Of a DNA stretch of 64,000 nt, positions 29,751 through 39,540 are shown piece after piece (the stretch's first letter is position 1; each line of letters opens with the position of its first letter). The notes beneath the pieces were generated by a model, which was not told the origin of the DNA, made no database searches, and saw only the letters and a list, made by a program, of their open reading frames with translations. Made by a program: the position numbers and the translations under genes. Source of the DNA: Patescibacteria group bacterium (GTDB lineage: Bacteria; Patescibacteriota; Minisyncoccia; Phycocordibacterales; UBA918); contig JAZKFU010000008.1 of assembly GCA_040386275.1 (NCBI GenBank), forward strand, positions 108,591 through 172,590, read 5' to 3'.

Positions 29751-30062
29751 GGCACGGTGCCAAAAGGTATTACGAAAGGTCTTTCCATGCCGCCGAACTT
29801 CTCACCGGGGCGCCCATCGCCCCGCGCAGTGTTGACCAAGGTATCATCGATCTCGCCGGGCGCCGCCAGGGACCTGGAGGTGTCCGCGTCCTCGACCACC
29901 GATGTCGACGGCCACGTTCGTTGTGAAAACTTCTGATCGGCCGGCGGCGCCCGTTTCGGGCGAGTTGACCAGGGCGGTTTGCGGAGCAAATCCCAACTAG
30001 GGACAAGCTGCCGCGATGACCGCTTGGTCTGACAAAGAAACAAAAAATATATTGGTGCCGAG
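29751..30062. other. GC-rich (about 65% GC) non-coding insert bounded by 8-bp direct repeats CTACCTGA (29743-29750 and 30063-30070), splitting scpA from scpB
   Basis: Abrupt GC shift against the low-GC background; direct repeats exactly at both boundaries; short inverted ends GGCAC...GTGCC; promoter-like TTGACT-17-TATTGT just upstream and a hairpin terminator just downstream. Confidence 0.35.
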
Positions 30063-30085
30063 CTACCTGATTCCCAAAACGCTCA

Positions 30086-30130
30086 AACCCCGCTACATGC
30101 CAGTCATGTTGCGGGGTTACTTTATTATAT
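30086..30130. terminator. hairpin terminator (bidirectional) between the GC-rich insert and scpA
   Basis: AACCCCGC...GCGGGGTT 8 bp stem with nested ACATG/CATGT, followed by ACTTTATTATATTTTT. Confidence 0.5.
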
Positions 30131-30191
30131 TTTTAAACTTTATATTTAAAAAGTTTATTATTTTCCCTATTCAATTTCCTATATTCTATTT

Positions 30192-30935
30192 TTAATAGTA
30201 TCTCGGTGTTCCTCCTCGCTCTAATTCAATTTCTATATCATCAAACCGACCAAGTTGTGTCACCAGTACATTTCCCTGTTTTACTAATTCTAAAATTGCC
30301 AAGAATCCCACAATTACTGTTTTGTGTTCGGGAGCTTCGGCGCGCAGTTGGGAGAACTTGGTTTTAATTTGTGACTCAATACGCTTTTGCAAATTGCTCA
30401 TCATTTCTTCGAGACTAATTGTTTGTTTGACTTGTACCTTGGGTTTGATTTCCTTTTTAGGAAGATTATGAAGAACTGCATCCATGGCTTCACGCAATGC
30501 GTCAATGGTGCAGTATTCGTCAGGAATAAACAAGGCGTCTTTGGGTGCAATAAAACGCGGAGTGTAAAGTGGAGTTTTGCCAAAAATACTCGTTAAGTAC
30601 TGCCCTGCGTCGCGGTAGATTTGGTATTGGCGCAAACGGTCTTCGAGATCATCAATTAATACTTCTTCCTCTTTGGTAAGCTCGAGAATTGGTAATAGAG
30701 ACTTTGACTTAATCAAGAGTAACGTAGCCGCCAACTGCACAAACTGCGCCGTGTGAGGGAGCGATTTTTCCTGCATAGCACTAACCTGTTTGATGTATTC
30801 GTCAGTTACTTCAGCGAGCGAAATATCGTTAATCAGTAACTTCCGCTTTTCCACTAATTCAATTAACAACTCCAAAGGCCCCTCAAAGACATTTGATTTA
30901 AATGAGAATGCTAGTGGTGTGGCAATGAGCGACAT
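30192..30935 (-). CDS. scpA: segregation and condensation protein A
   Basis: N-terminal FEGPLELLIELVEKRKLLINDISLAEVTDEY is a typical ScpA motif. Confidence 0.75.
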   Translation of the reverse strand: MSLIATPLAFSFKSNVFEGPLELLIELVEKRKLLINDISLAEVTDEYIKQVSAMQEKSLPHTAQFVQLAATLLLIKSKSLLPILELTKEEEVLIDDLEDRLRQYQIYRDAGQYLTSIFGKTPLYTPRFIAPKDALFIPDEYCTIDALREAMDAVLHNLPKKEIKPKVQVKQTISLEEMMSNLQKRIESQIKTKFSQLRAEAPEHKTVIVGFLAILELVKQGNVLVTQLGRFDDIEIELERGGTPRYY

Positions 30936-30969
30936 AATTACCAGAATAATACCACACTACCGTCTACGG

Positions 30970-31611
30970 TTATTCTAAGGGAAAGAAATTTGTTTCTTTA
31001 CTCTTTACATATAGCACCTCATCAAACTTCTGAATGAGCGGAAAGGGACTCATGTATGGTTCGCGGTAGGTCCGGTACGCTTCGGCGGTCCAGCCTAAAT
31101 CGAGATACTGAGCGTAGTCTTTTTCTTTTTGCGAGAGGAAGTATAAATGAACATTTGGTTCAATTTTATCAATAGCTTTGACAAACGCCGCTTCCCGCGT
31201 GAGGCGGACGTCAAGTTCGGCGAATACATCTTTAAGCAATGTAGCTAAATGAGCTGGAGCATTTTTCACAATTTCTGCTTCAGCCTGTTTTTCGTCTTGC
31301 TTGTGTTCGTCCGTTTTGGTGCGTGTCGGCATATCGCCCACAAATGCTTCGGCCATATCATGCCAGGTAGCAAGGTGACGAATCGTTTCTAAGTTAAGTG
31401 GCTCGGTTTCGGCAATCAACGGGTAGAAATAATCTATCAAAATATGCATGCCGTAAATATGTTCAGCCACTGATTCGGTTTCATCCTCGGTGCGCGTGTG
31501 GGCCCACCGCATGGTGTGCTTGAGTTGGTAATAGGTTATCAAAGTGTCGAGTTCTCTAAGAACAAACTTCTCATCACTCATGATTTTGGCGTTAATTTCC
31601 TTGATAGTCAT
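30970..31611 (-). CDS. HD domain hydrolase (YfbR-like 5'-deoxynucleotidase family)
   Basis: ESVAEHIYGMHIL ... WHDMAEAFVGDMP (H...HD...D metal-binding pattern). Confidence 0.6.
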   Translation of the reverse strand: MTIKEINAKIMSDEKFVLRELDTLITYYQLKHTMRWAHTRTEDETESVAEHIYGMHILIDYFYPLIAETEPLNLETIRHLATWHDMAEAFVGDMPTRTKTDEHKQDEKQAEAEIVKNAPAHLATLLKDVFAELDVRLTREAAFVKAIDKIEPNVHLYFLSQKEKDYAQYLDLGWTAEAYRTYREPYMSPFPLIQKFDEVLYVKSKETNFFPLE

Positions 31612-31622
31612 ACTGAAAATGA

Positions 31623-33035
31623 TTAATACGTTTCAAGCCACTTAATTAATAACCGTACTGGTTCACCGGTAGCCCCTTTTGCTAGTTTGTCACTCGGGAT
31701 ACTGTCCATTCGCGGAGCAATATCCAGGTGTGCCCAGGGAACATTTTTTGGTGCAAACGCTTCGAGGAACATTCCACCTTCAATCGCACCTCCCCACTTC
31801 GCAAAGTTAATTGCTATGTTACTAATATCAGCGCGGGCACTTTTCAGTGGCGCTTTATATTCATCCCAGAGTGGAAGCGGCCAGACCAAATCTCCAGACT
31901 CTTCACCGAGTGTTCGCAGGGTGGTTTCTAATCCCGAGTCACGGGTCATAACGGCACTCGCTTGTTGACCAAGTGCTACCAAGGCCGCGCCCGTTAGCGT
32001 CGCTACATCAATGATAGCGCGTGGATTGTACCGTGCACTATATGTGAGAGCATCAGCCAGGACCAAGCGTCCTTCCGCATCGGTGTGAAGGATTTCGACG
32101 GTGGTGCCAGAGAGCGACGTCACAATATCGCCGGCGCGCATACTGCGACTACTAATTGCGTTTTCGGCTGCAGGAATGAGTGCAATGATATTTTTCTGTA
32201 TTCCTAATTGTGCCGCTGCTACAATTGCGGCCATTACGCTACTTCCTCCTGACATATCCATATGCATATCATGCATTGATCCAGAAGGCTTAACGTTAAG
32301 TCCGCCGGTATCGTAGGTAATACCTTTTCCTATCAAAACCAGTGGCGCTTCTTTTTTATTTTTTGCGCCGAAATATTCCATGACAATAAATTGTGGTTCA
32401 TTGTGTGACCCTTTGCCAACGGCTTCGACTAAATTAAGTTTTTGTTTTTTGATGTTTGCTAGGCCTAATACTTTGACCGATACATTGGTACCTTTCGCTA
32501 GTTTTTTCGCCATTAAAGCGAGTGCCTTTGGGGTCAGGTCGTCACCATGGGTGTTGGCAATATCACGCGCGGTATTGGTGTATTCTCCGACAATTGTTCC
32601 GCGTGTAAAACCGGCTTTAGCTTGTGCCGATATTTGATTGATGATAACTATTTCCTTGAGCGCATGTTTAGTGTCAGGCTTTGATTTGTACACGGTGTAG
32701 TCGTAGGCCGCGAGCGTTAGGTTTTCAGTGATGGTTGATGTAAACCAGCCTTCATCGTAAACGTGGAGTTTTGGAAAATGTTCGCGACTAATAGCGAGAC
32801 TAGCGTACTCAACTTTATGTGCTTTGAGAGACTGCACGAGACTGCGCATCAGTGTACGAAAAGTTCGTGGTGTCACCTCTTCCCACTTGCCCGCCCCTTG
32901 GCGATACTCTGTAATGCCCGTTGTCGTTTCAACAAAGCGGTGAGTACTTACAGGGTCAGCAGTGAGAACAATCCGGGTATATTTTTTATCAAGCGTTGTT
33001 TCGGCTTTCTGGGAAAGGGTGATTTTGGTAGTCAT
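31623..33035 (-). CDS. pepA: leucyl aminopeptidase (M17 family)
   Basis: NTDAEGRLVLADAL M17 signature plus VGKGITYDTGG. Confidence 0.85.
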   Translation of the reverse strand: MTTKITLSQKAETTLDKKYTRIVLTADPVSTHRFVETTTGITEYRQGAGKWEEVTPRTFRTLMRSLVQSLKAHKVEYASLAISREHFPKLHVYDEGWFTSTITENLTLAAYDYTVYKSKPDTKHALKEIVIINQISAQAKAGFTRGTIVGEYTNTARDIANTHGDDLTPKALALMAKKLAKGTNVSVKVLGLANIKKQKLNLVEAVGKGSHNEPQFIVMEYFGAKNKKEAPLVLIGKGITYDTGGLNVKPSGSMHDMHMDMSGGSSVMAAIVAAAQLGIQKNIIALIPAAENAISSRSMRAGDIVTSLSGTTVEILHTDAEGRLVLADALTYSARYNPRAIIDVATLTGAALVALGQQASAVMTRDSGLETTLRTLGEESGDLVWPLPLWDEYKAPLKSARADISNIAINFAKWGGAIEGGMFLEAFAPKNVPWAHLDIAPRMDSIPSDKLAKGATGEPVRLLIKWLETY

Positions 33036-33086
33036 AGTTGTAGTATAGCAGAATCCCCTGAATAGAGATTCAGGGGTTTCTAGATG

Positions 33087-34439
33087 TTATAACTCGGCTT
33101 CCTCACTTTGGTCCTTGCTTGTAAACGTATCAATACGGTTAATGTCTCGTGGGAATAGGGTGGCTTCTTTTACGTTGCCAATACCACAGTATTTTGCAGT
33201 CAGTCGTTCAAGCCCCATTCCGATGCCTCCGTGTGGAGCGATACCGTATTTGAAAGCTTGGAGATAGAATTCAAATTTATCTGGATCAAGACCTTTGCCT
33301 TTAATCCGTTCAACGAGCTCGTCATAGTTGTGTACGCGCTGTCCGCCCGAACACATTTCAAGTCCGCGGAATAGTAAGTCAAAACTGCGGGTAAATTCCG
33401 GATTAGCTGGGTCTACGTGGGTGTAGAACGGACGCTTTGAGGTTGGGAAATGCGTTACAAACACATAATCAGAACCAAGATTCTTATTAGCGTATTCGCA
33501 GAGGAAGCGCTCGTCTTCTGGTTCTAGATCTGGTTCACTGGTTTTATCCACTCCGGTTTCTTTAAGAATAAGTGCTTGCGCTTCACGGAGGGTCATGACC
33601 GGGAATGTTTCGGGAGCCAGGGCAATGTCAGTACCAAGCAGGGTAATTTCAGCAGCACACACAGTGTTTACATGAGTGTTGATGTGACGAATTAACTTGG
33701 TCACTAACACAATCACATCGGTGTGGTCGTTAATAAACGCCATCTCCAGGTCGAGCATACTAATTTCACTCAGGTGTCGTGTAGTTGCACTTTTTTCAGC
33801 TCGGAAGGTTGGACCGACCGCAAACACACGTTCAAATACGCCCGCTAGGATTTGTTTGTAGAGCTGTGGACTGGTGGCGAGTGAGGCTTCAACGCCTTTA
33901 AAGTATTTCACTTTAAATACTTCTGCCCCACCTTCGGCATCACCACCTACTAATTTCGGGGCTTGGAATTCAGTAAAGCCTTCACTATTGAGAAACGTAC
34001 GGTACGCCACGAGGATTTCACTTTGTACTTTAAAGATTGCTCGCTCGCGATTCCGACGTAGTGTCAGGGGACGGTTATCAAGCAAGGTGTCGAGGTTTAG
34101 TTCGCTATCCATATCAAATGGCATAGGAGCGGCGGCACTGAGGACTTCAATGTTAGTAATCTCAAGTTCGATGTCACCATTTTGGACGCCTTCCTTGCGC
34201 ATCTTTTCTGGTCGTGCGTTTACTACTCCCGTAACTGCGATGACATATTCGGGTTTAAGTGTCTTGGCTACTTCCAGTACTTCTGGTTTACCAAACACGA
34301 CTCCCTGGACAATCCCTGTTCGGTCACGAAAATCAAAAAACGCCATCTTCCCCTGATCGCGAGCAATCGCGACTGAACCGTTAATTAAAACTGTTTCACC
34401 AGTATGTGTCTGTAGTTCTCCTATAAGTGTTCGTTGCAT
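33087..34439 (-). CDS. class II aspartyl/asparaginyl-tRNA ligase (compact archaeal-type AspRS or AsnRS)
   Basis: N-terminal OB fold, motif 2 FRAE...TRHL, motif 3 GGIGMGLERL; preceded by a T-box leader. Confidence 0.7.
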   Translation of the reverse strand: MQRTLIGELQTHTGETVLINGSVAIARDQGKMAFFDFRDRTGIVQGVVFGKPEVLEVAKTLKPEYVIAVTGVVNARPEKMRKEGVQNGDIELEITNIEVLSAAAPMPFDMDSELNLDTLLDNRPLTLRRNRERAIFKVQSEILVAYRTFLNSEGFTEFQAPKLVGGDAEGGAEVFKVKYFKGVEASLATSPQLYKQILAGVFERVFAVGPTFRAEKSATTRHLSEISMLDLEMAFINDHTDVIVLVTKLIRHINTHVNTVCAAEITLLGTDIALAPETFPVMTLREAQALILKETGVDKTSEPDLEPEDERFLCEYANKNLGSDYVFVTHFPTSKRPFYTHVDPANPEFTRSFDLLFRGLEMCSGGQRVHNYDELVERIKGKGLDPDKFEFYLQAFKYGIAPHGGIGMGLERLTAKYCGIGNVKEATLFPRDINRIDTFTSKDQSEEAEL

Positions 34440-34454
34440 ATAATGATTTTATTA

Positions 34455-34700
34455 TTAGTTTGAGTTGGAGAAACGAAAAATCGCCACTCCACAAATATTA
34501 TTGCTAATACGTGTGCAGGGGCGATTGCAAAAATAGTTTGCGTCGCGGTGCCACCCTACTTTTTAGTACAAATACAGTACTAAAATCTCAATCACGCGCT
34601 AACGGGCGTTGCCGGAGAGGCTACCTCTCAAGACCTCGGCAGGTGTCAGCTGCGTCATCGGTTCTTTTAGTATGCCAGCTTCCAAGTGCTTGTCAATTTA
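34455..34700 (-). promoter_or_regulatory. T-box leader (tRNA-sensing riboswitch) upstream of the Asp/Asn-tRNA ligase gene
   Basis: Minus-strand AAGUAGGGUGGCACCGCGACG matches the conserved T-box sequence (AGGGUGGNACCGCG); candidate stem I with GUGAUUGAGA-like distal motif; candidate specifier codons GAC or AAC. Confidence 0.65.
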
Positions 34701-34975
34701 ATACCGTCGGAATTAATTTAATAATAATAGTAAATTGTCCGTCGTACTGGGCACGTACAGTGGTGGGTAAATCAAGGCTCTCAATCAGTTCATTGACATC
34801 GTCAGTACTATCTAGAGTGCCACCCTCAAAATCTATATACCCATCACCACTCTCGGTTTTTCCTTGGTCACAGATGGCACCAGTGGCACTCAGTGCGGTC
34901 GTAATTGCTCGTGCTGCACGAGCTACATCATCAAAATTTTCTAACGAGGGTCGTCGTTCTGACATATAAAATTAA

Positions 34976-35926
34976 TTACAGACTAATCCCAATAACATTT
35001 CGAACTTGGGCCAGTGTTTGATTCGATACTGCCTTAGCTTTCTCTGCCCCGTGTGCTAACACTGCCTTAACTTCGTCATCGGTAATTGAGGCGCGCTTTT
35101 GCCGCATTGGTTCAATAAAGGCATCGATATCTTCTATCAGGGCTTCTTTAATATTTTTATACTTACCAGCGTGTTCCGTATAGAGCGGCTCGAGTTCAGC
35201 TTCAGTTTTAAAGAGTTTGTGAATCGCGTACACATTTTCTGGGCGGTCACCGGTACTATCGGTCACAATACTCATCACTGCTTTAATAATGTCTTCTCGA
35301 CTCCCAAATAACGGAATCGTATTTTTATAACTCTTACTCATCTTGGCGCCATCGGTTCCAGGCACAACACCAACCGCTTCAAGAATCAGCTCCTTAGGTT
35401 CTTTAAGGATGTTACCATAAGCGTTATTAAATTTAGTCACTGCTTCACGACTGTATTCGAGGTGTTGCCGTTGATCTTCCCCTACCGGCACAAAATCAGT
35501 GTTATAGAGCAAAATATCTGCAGCCATGAGCATTGGGTACGTAAACAGTCCGGCGTTAGCTTCCAGACCCTTAGCCACTTTATCTTTATATGAGTGAGCG
35601 AGCATCAAAAACGGTACGGTGACGAGACAATTCATAATCCATCCCATTTCCATATGGTCAGGGTTATCTGATTGGCGAAACAACGTCACATGTTCTGGGT
35701 CTACCCCAACGGCGAGGTAATCACGAACGGTGTTATAGATGTTAGCGCGCAGAGTCGCTCCGTCGCGCACTGAAGTTAAGGCGTGGTAGTCCGCTACCAT
35801 CAGGTAAAAGTTAGCTGAGTCTTTTTTATCGTGGTACAAATCCAAAAATGGCTTCATCGAACCAAAGTAGTTTCCAATGTGTAAATCTCCCGAAGACTGC
35901 AGGCCGGTCAGAATAGTTTGTTTCAT
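34976..35926 (-). CDS. trpS: tryptophan--tRNA ligase
   Basis: TGLQSSGDLHIGNYFG (HIGH-type motif) and KMSKSYKNT (KMSKS). Confidence 0.9.
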   Translation of the reverse strand: MKQTILTGLQSSGDLHIGNYFGSMKPFLDLYHDKKDSANFYLMVADYHALTSVRDGATLRANIYNTVRDYLAVGVDPEHVTLFRQSDNPDHMEMGWIMNCLVTVPFLMLAHSYKDKVAKGLEANAGLFTYPMLMAADILLYNTDFVPVGEDQRQHLEYSREAVTKFNNAYGNILKEPKELILEAVGVVPGTDGAKMSKSYKNTIPLFGSREDIIKAVMSIVTDSTGDRPENVYAIHKLFKTEAELEPLYTEHAGKYKNIKEALIEDIDAFIEPMRQKRASITDDEVKAVLAHGAEKAKAVSNQTLAQVRNVIGISL

Positions 35927-35966
35927 AAGTCTTGTAATAGTAGCAAAATAACCTTTTCTTTGCTAA

Positions 35967-37643
35967 TTAACTTATTAATGGTAGAGAAAGAACAAAACTT
36001 GACCCCTTCCCGTCACCGTCTGATTTACACGTAATATCCCCTCCCATAGTGCGTGCCATTTCGCGCGCTACAAACAGTCCTAAGCCGGTGCCATTGATGT
36101 TGACGCTATTGGCATTTTTCGCTCGCGAGAATTTTTGGAACAAATTCTTAACTGTTTCTTGGTCCATTCCAATACCGGTATCAATTACTTCGACATAGAG
36201 CTTCCGTGCAATGTGGTTCTCGTGTACATAGACAGTAATGGTCCCCTTTTGTGTGTATTTCAAAGTGTTATTAATTAGGTTATGGAGTATCTGTTGGGTC
36301 TTAGAAATATCAGCCCGGACAATCCCTTTGCTCGCTATATTAGATTTAAAGAGTAATAGTAACCCAGAGCGAGTGGCTTCAGGACGCAAGTCGTCTACGA
36401 TATGTTCTGCCTGTTCACAGAGATTAAATTCACTGTAGGTGTACTTCATATTGCCCGATTCAATCCGCGAGACATTAAGGAAGTCTTCAATCGAAAAAGC
36501 CATTAATTTAGCAGACTCATGAATGCGTCCCAGGACCTCAGTCATTTCATCTGGTGCTTTTCCGTAGTTACCATCAAGAATCATAGAGGTGTACCCCCGA
36601 ATAGCGGTTAGAGGACTACGCAACTGGTGTGAAGCAATTGAAACAAACTCCGACTTTTGTTTATCAACCACCCGGAGTCGTTCATTGGTTGATTCAAGGT
36701 TGCTCGCCAGCATTTCAATTTCTTCTCGTTGCGACACTTCACTCCGTACACTCTTTATGAGTAATGTACCCAAGATAGAAAAGAAGAGTATGGTCGCCAC
36801 CGCGATAATTTGAGCATTTTCAATTGAACGTACAAATAACAAAGATACCAACAATATAAGTTGTCCCGCCATCAAGGCCTCAGTTGCAAGGAGCTTAACT
36901 TTGAATGTTTCGTACCGAACCAGGATATACCCTAAAAATGCTACAAATATCGGCATCCCGAACAATCCAATCTGACCTGACTTCCAGTCACCGAGGAAGC
37001 TCCCGATAATATTACCAATAGAGAATGAGAGTAAGAATAAGAGGATGCCGGTAGAGACTAAAATGGTCTCTCGTTGGTTGTGTTTCTTTCGATACAGCTG
37101 TTTTATCGTTAACAGCAAAATTAACCCTACAAAGAGAAATTCAAACCCGTAGACGTAATACTGCCACAGTGGTCCTTCACTCGCGTAGCGTAGACAATTT
37201 GTGTAATCAAACCCAATGAGGTTCAAGGTAGTATGTCCAAATAAGATGAGGGGCAGGAACATCGTGAAGATAGCCAACTCGATTTTAAATGACGGGAATT
37301 TTTGATTGTAAAAGGCATAGATAAAATAAAATGCTCCCACGTACATTAATAGCTCAAAGTACATTAATGTCGACCAGACAAACATAATAATATCTGAGCG
37401 AGGCGAAGCCCAGGTAATTAAATCTAGGAAACACCAAATGGCGAACATGGAGGTCGTGAATAAAAGTGCTTGAGCAGCTTTGTTGCGCCAATTAGTGCGT
37501 AGTACAAAAATGGCAATAATTAACCCCGACAAAGACGGTAAAAAATGACCATAATATTGAAAACTTCCCTCTAGATTCTCAGAGAAGATTAAAAAATTAG
37601 CCACTTTCCAGGCACACATTGTAGGATCAACGATGTTCAACAT
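35967..37643 (-). CDS. sensor histidine kinase with N-terminal 7-8 TM sensor domain
   Basis: HisKA H-box SHQLRSPLTAIRGY and HATPase_c N, G1, G2 boxes (NLINNTLKYT, DTGIGM, GTGLGL). Confidence 0.75.
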   Translation of the reverse strand: MLNIVDPTMCAWKVANFLIFSENLEGSFQYYGHFLPSLSGLIIAIFVLRTNWRNKAAQALLFTTSMFAIWCFLDLITWASPRSDIIMFVWSTLMYFELLMYVGAFYFIYAFYNQKFPSFKIELAIFTMFLPLILFGHTTLNLIGFDYTNCLRYASEGPLWQYYVYGFEFLFVGLILLLTIKQLYRKKHNQRETILVSTGILLFLLSFSIGNIIGSFLGDWKSGQIGLFGMPIFVAFLGYILVRYETFKVKLLATEALMAGQLILLVSLLFVRSIENAQIIAVATILFFSILGTLLIKSVRSEVSQREEIEMLASNLESTNERLRVVDKQKSEFVSIASHQLRSPLTAIRGYTSMILDGNYGKAPDEMTEVLGRIHESAKLMAFSIEDFLNVSRIESGNMKYTYSEFNLCEQAEHIVDDLRPEATRSGLLLLFKSNIASKGIVRADISKTQQILHNLINNTLKYTQKGTITVYVHENHIARKLYVEVIDTGIGMDQETVKNLFQKFSRAKNANSVNINGTGLGLFVAREMARTMGGDITCKSDGDGKGSSFVLSLPLIS

Positions 37644-37650
37644 ACTTTAC

Positions 37651-37800
37651 TTACTGTGGCCGGTCTTCAGGACCATTAGGGCTAGTAATCACTTGATAGT
37701 CTTTTTTCACTATATTAACGTAATACATCAAACTGATAGAAAATAAAATGCAGATCGCTAATATAATGCGAACGATGGTAGCTTTAGTGGTGTCTTTCAT
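37651..37800 (-). CDS. hypothetical 49-aa single-TM peptide between the two kinase genes
   Basis: ATG 4 nt after the upstream kinase stop; MKDTTKATIVRIILAICILFSISLMYY hydrophobic helix; weak support. Confidence 0.3.
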   Translation of the reverse strand: MKDTTKATIVRIILAICILFSISLMYYVNIVKKDYQVITSPNGPEDRPQ

Positions 37801-37804
37801 GTTT

Positions 37805-39481
37805 CTAAACCAGTGGGAATGAAATCGTAAATGTTGAGCCTTTGCCTTCTCCTTCTGATTGAACGGTAATATCACCTCCCATTGCGCGAGCCATTTCTCG
37901 GGCTACAAATAATCCTAAACCGGTACCCATAATATTCGCAGAGCTAGCAATTTTAGCGCGGGCAAATTTACCGAATAGTTTTTGCATGCTCTCACTACTC
38001 AATCCGACTCCCGTATCAATAATGTCCACGTATATTTTTTTACTTTTTACATCATCGTGGGCATAGACTGTAACACTTCCTTTCGGCGTATACTTCAAGG
38101 CGTTGTTGATAAGGTTATGGAATATTTGCTGTGTCTTTCCTGCGTCCGCTCGGACGAGTCCAGTTCCCTGCATATCAGAGCGATAGAGCAACATTAATCC
38201 CCGTTTTACCGCATCTGCGCGTAAATCATCTACCACATGTTCAGCTTGATCCTTAAGATTCACGTCCATGTACTCGTACTTCATATTCCCTGATTCAATG
38301 CGAGATACATCCAAGAAATCATTAATTGACGTAGCCATGAATTTAGACGATTCATTTACACGTTCCAATATTTCTTGTGCCTTTTCCGGTAATTGACCAA
38401 AACTCCCCTCCGCCATCATCGATACATACCCGCGGATAGCAGTGAGTGGGCTGCGTAACTGGTGCGAAGCAATCGATACAAACTCGGACTTCTGTTTATC
38501 CAAAATCTGCAACCGCTCGTTAGCTCGTTCTAGACCATAGGCCAACTTCTCAATCTCCTCTCGCTGTTTGATTTCTCTGTAGACAGAACGAATAAGGAGG
38601 TATCCTAAAATAATAAATAATATAAATGCCGCAGCTGTAATAATTCTAAACGAATTCGTGTCGTCTACAAAAAGAAGTGAAGCAATTAACGAGCCAATAA
38701 ACATCACAAGCGCTACCGTACTAAAGAGTCGTATATTAAAGGTTTTATACTTAACAATACTGTATACAAAGAAGCTAATAAATACCGGCATTGTAAAAAG
38801 ACCAATCTGGGCAAAACGCCAGTCCTCATTGAAACTACTTATAATGTTTCCAAGTGAGAACATTAGCAAAAGACTTGTGATGCCTAGAGTTAGTATAGTA
38901 ATTTCACCACGTCGTTTTGGTAAGCGAATTGCACTTCGAATCGCGAAAATCACAATCCATACGAGAATTATCCCTTCTATTCCGTAAGTATAATATGTAG
39001 CCATCGGCCCCTCCAAACTAAGACATATCGACTCATCAAATGCGTAAAGCATCAAGCTAGTTGGCACAAAGAGGACAACTGGTAAATATAAAATTCCAAG
39101 AATTATTTTTTCAATAAATCTATTATCCTTTCCATTAATGAGTGTCTGCATTAAGTACAATGCACTAATATAAATTATAGGTTCAAACAATATTTGCATT
39201 GACCACACAAACATGATCACGTCCCCTCTATTACTTGCCCAAAATACAGAGTCAAGTAAAACCCAAATAGTGAAACTTAAAGTTAACGAAAAAAGTGCTC
39301 GATTTGGTAGGCCGTTTACATTTTTAAAAAGTACGAAAATTCCAAGCAGTAATGCAATGAGAGATATAGGTAGATGAGAATAATAAACTAGTGACGGAAC
39401 ATTTTCTGAAAAAATCAAATAGGTCGGGCCAGAGAAATCACATAAGCCTGGATTTGAAATAGATGCCGGAATTGAGTCCAT
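37805..39481 (-). CDS. sensor histidine kinase, paralog of the adjacent kinase
   Basis: Same architecture: SHQLRSPLTAIRGY H-box and HATPase_c boxes; collinear similarity to the 35967-37643 product. Confidence 0.75.
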   Translation of the reverse strand: MDSIPASISNPGLCDFSGPTYLIFSENVPSLVYYSHLPISLIALLLGIFVLFKNVNGLPNRALFSLTLSFTIWVLLDSVFWASNRGDVIMFVWSMQILFEPIIYISALYLMQTLINGKDNRFIEKIILGILYLPVVLFVPTSLMLYAFDESICLSLEGPMATYYTYGIEGIILVWIVIFAIRSAIRLPKRRGEITILTLGITSLLLMFSLGNIISSFNEDWRFAQIGLFTMPVFISFFVYSIVKYKTFNIRLFSTVALVMFIGSLIASLLFVDDTNSFRIITAAAFILFIILGYLLIRSVYREIKQREEIEKLAYGLERANERLQILDKQKSEFVSIASHQLRSPLTAIRGYVSMMAEGSFGQLPEKAQEILERVNESSKFMATSINDFLDVSRIESGNMKYEYMDVNLKDQAEHVVDDLRADAVKRGLMLLYRSDMQGTGLVRADAGKTQQIFHNLINNALKYTPKGSVTVYAHDDVKSKKIYVDIIDTGVGLSSESMQKLFGKFARAKIASSANIMGTGLGLFVAREMARAMGGDITVQSEGEGKGSTFTISFPLV

Positions 39482-39540
39482 ATATTAAACTTTAAGTTTC
39501 TTTATGTTTATTGTATAGTACAATCTATTAATCTCAATAT

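Noticed and set aside
29700-30130. Considered whether the GC-rich block is tmRNA or RNase P RNA
   Set aside because: No GGGG...CCACCA tRNA-like ends or tag-peptide frame, and no CR-I/CR-IV RNase P motifs (GGAAAGUCCGG, ACAGAAACCCGGCUUA) found by eye; left as an unclassified insertion or possible ncRNA
34693-34965. 90-aa minus-strand ORF upstream of the T-box leader
   Set aside because: Low-complexity acidic translation with no RBS, abutting or overlapping the predicted leader; kept out of the feature list as likely non-coding, though not excluded
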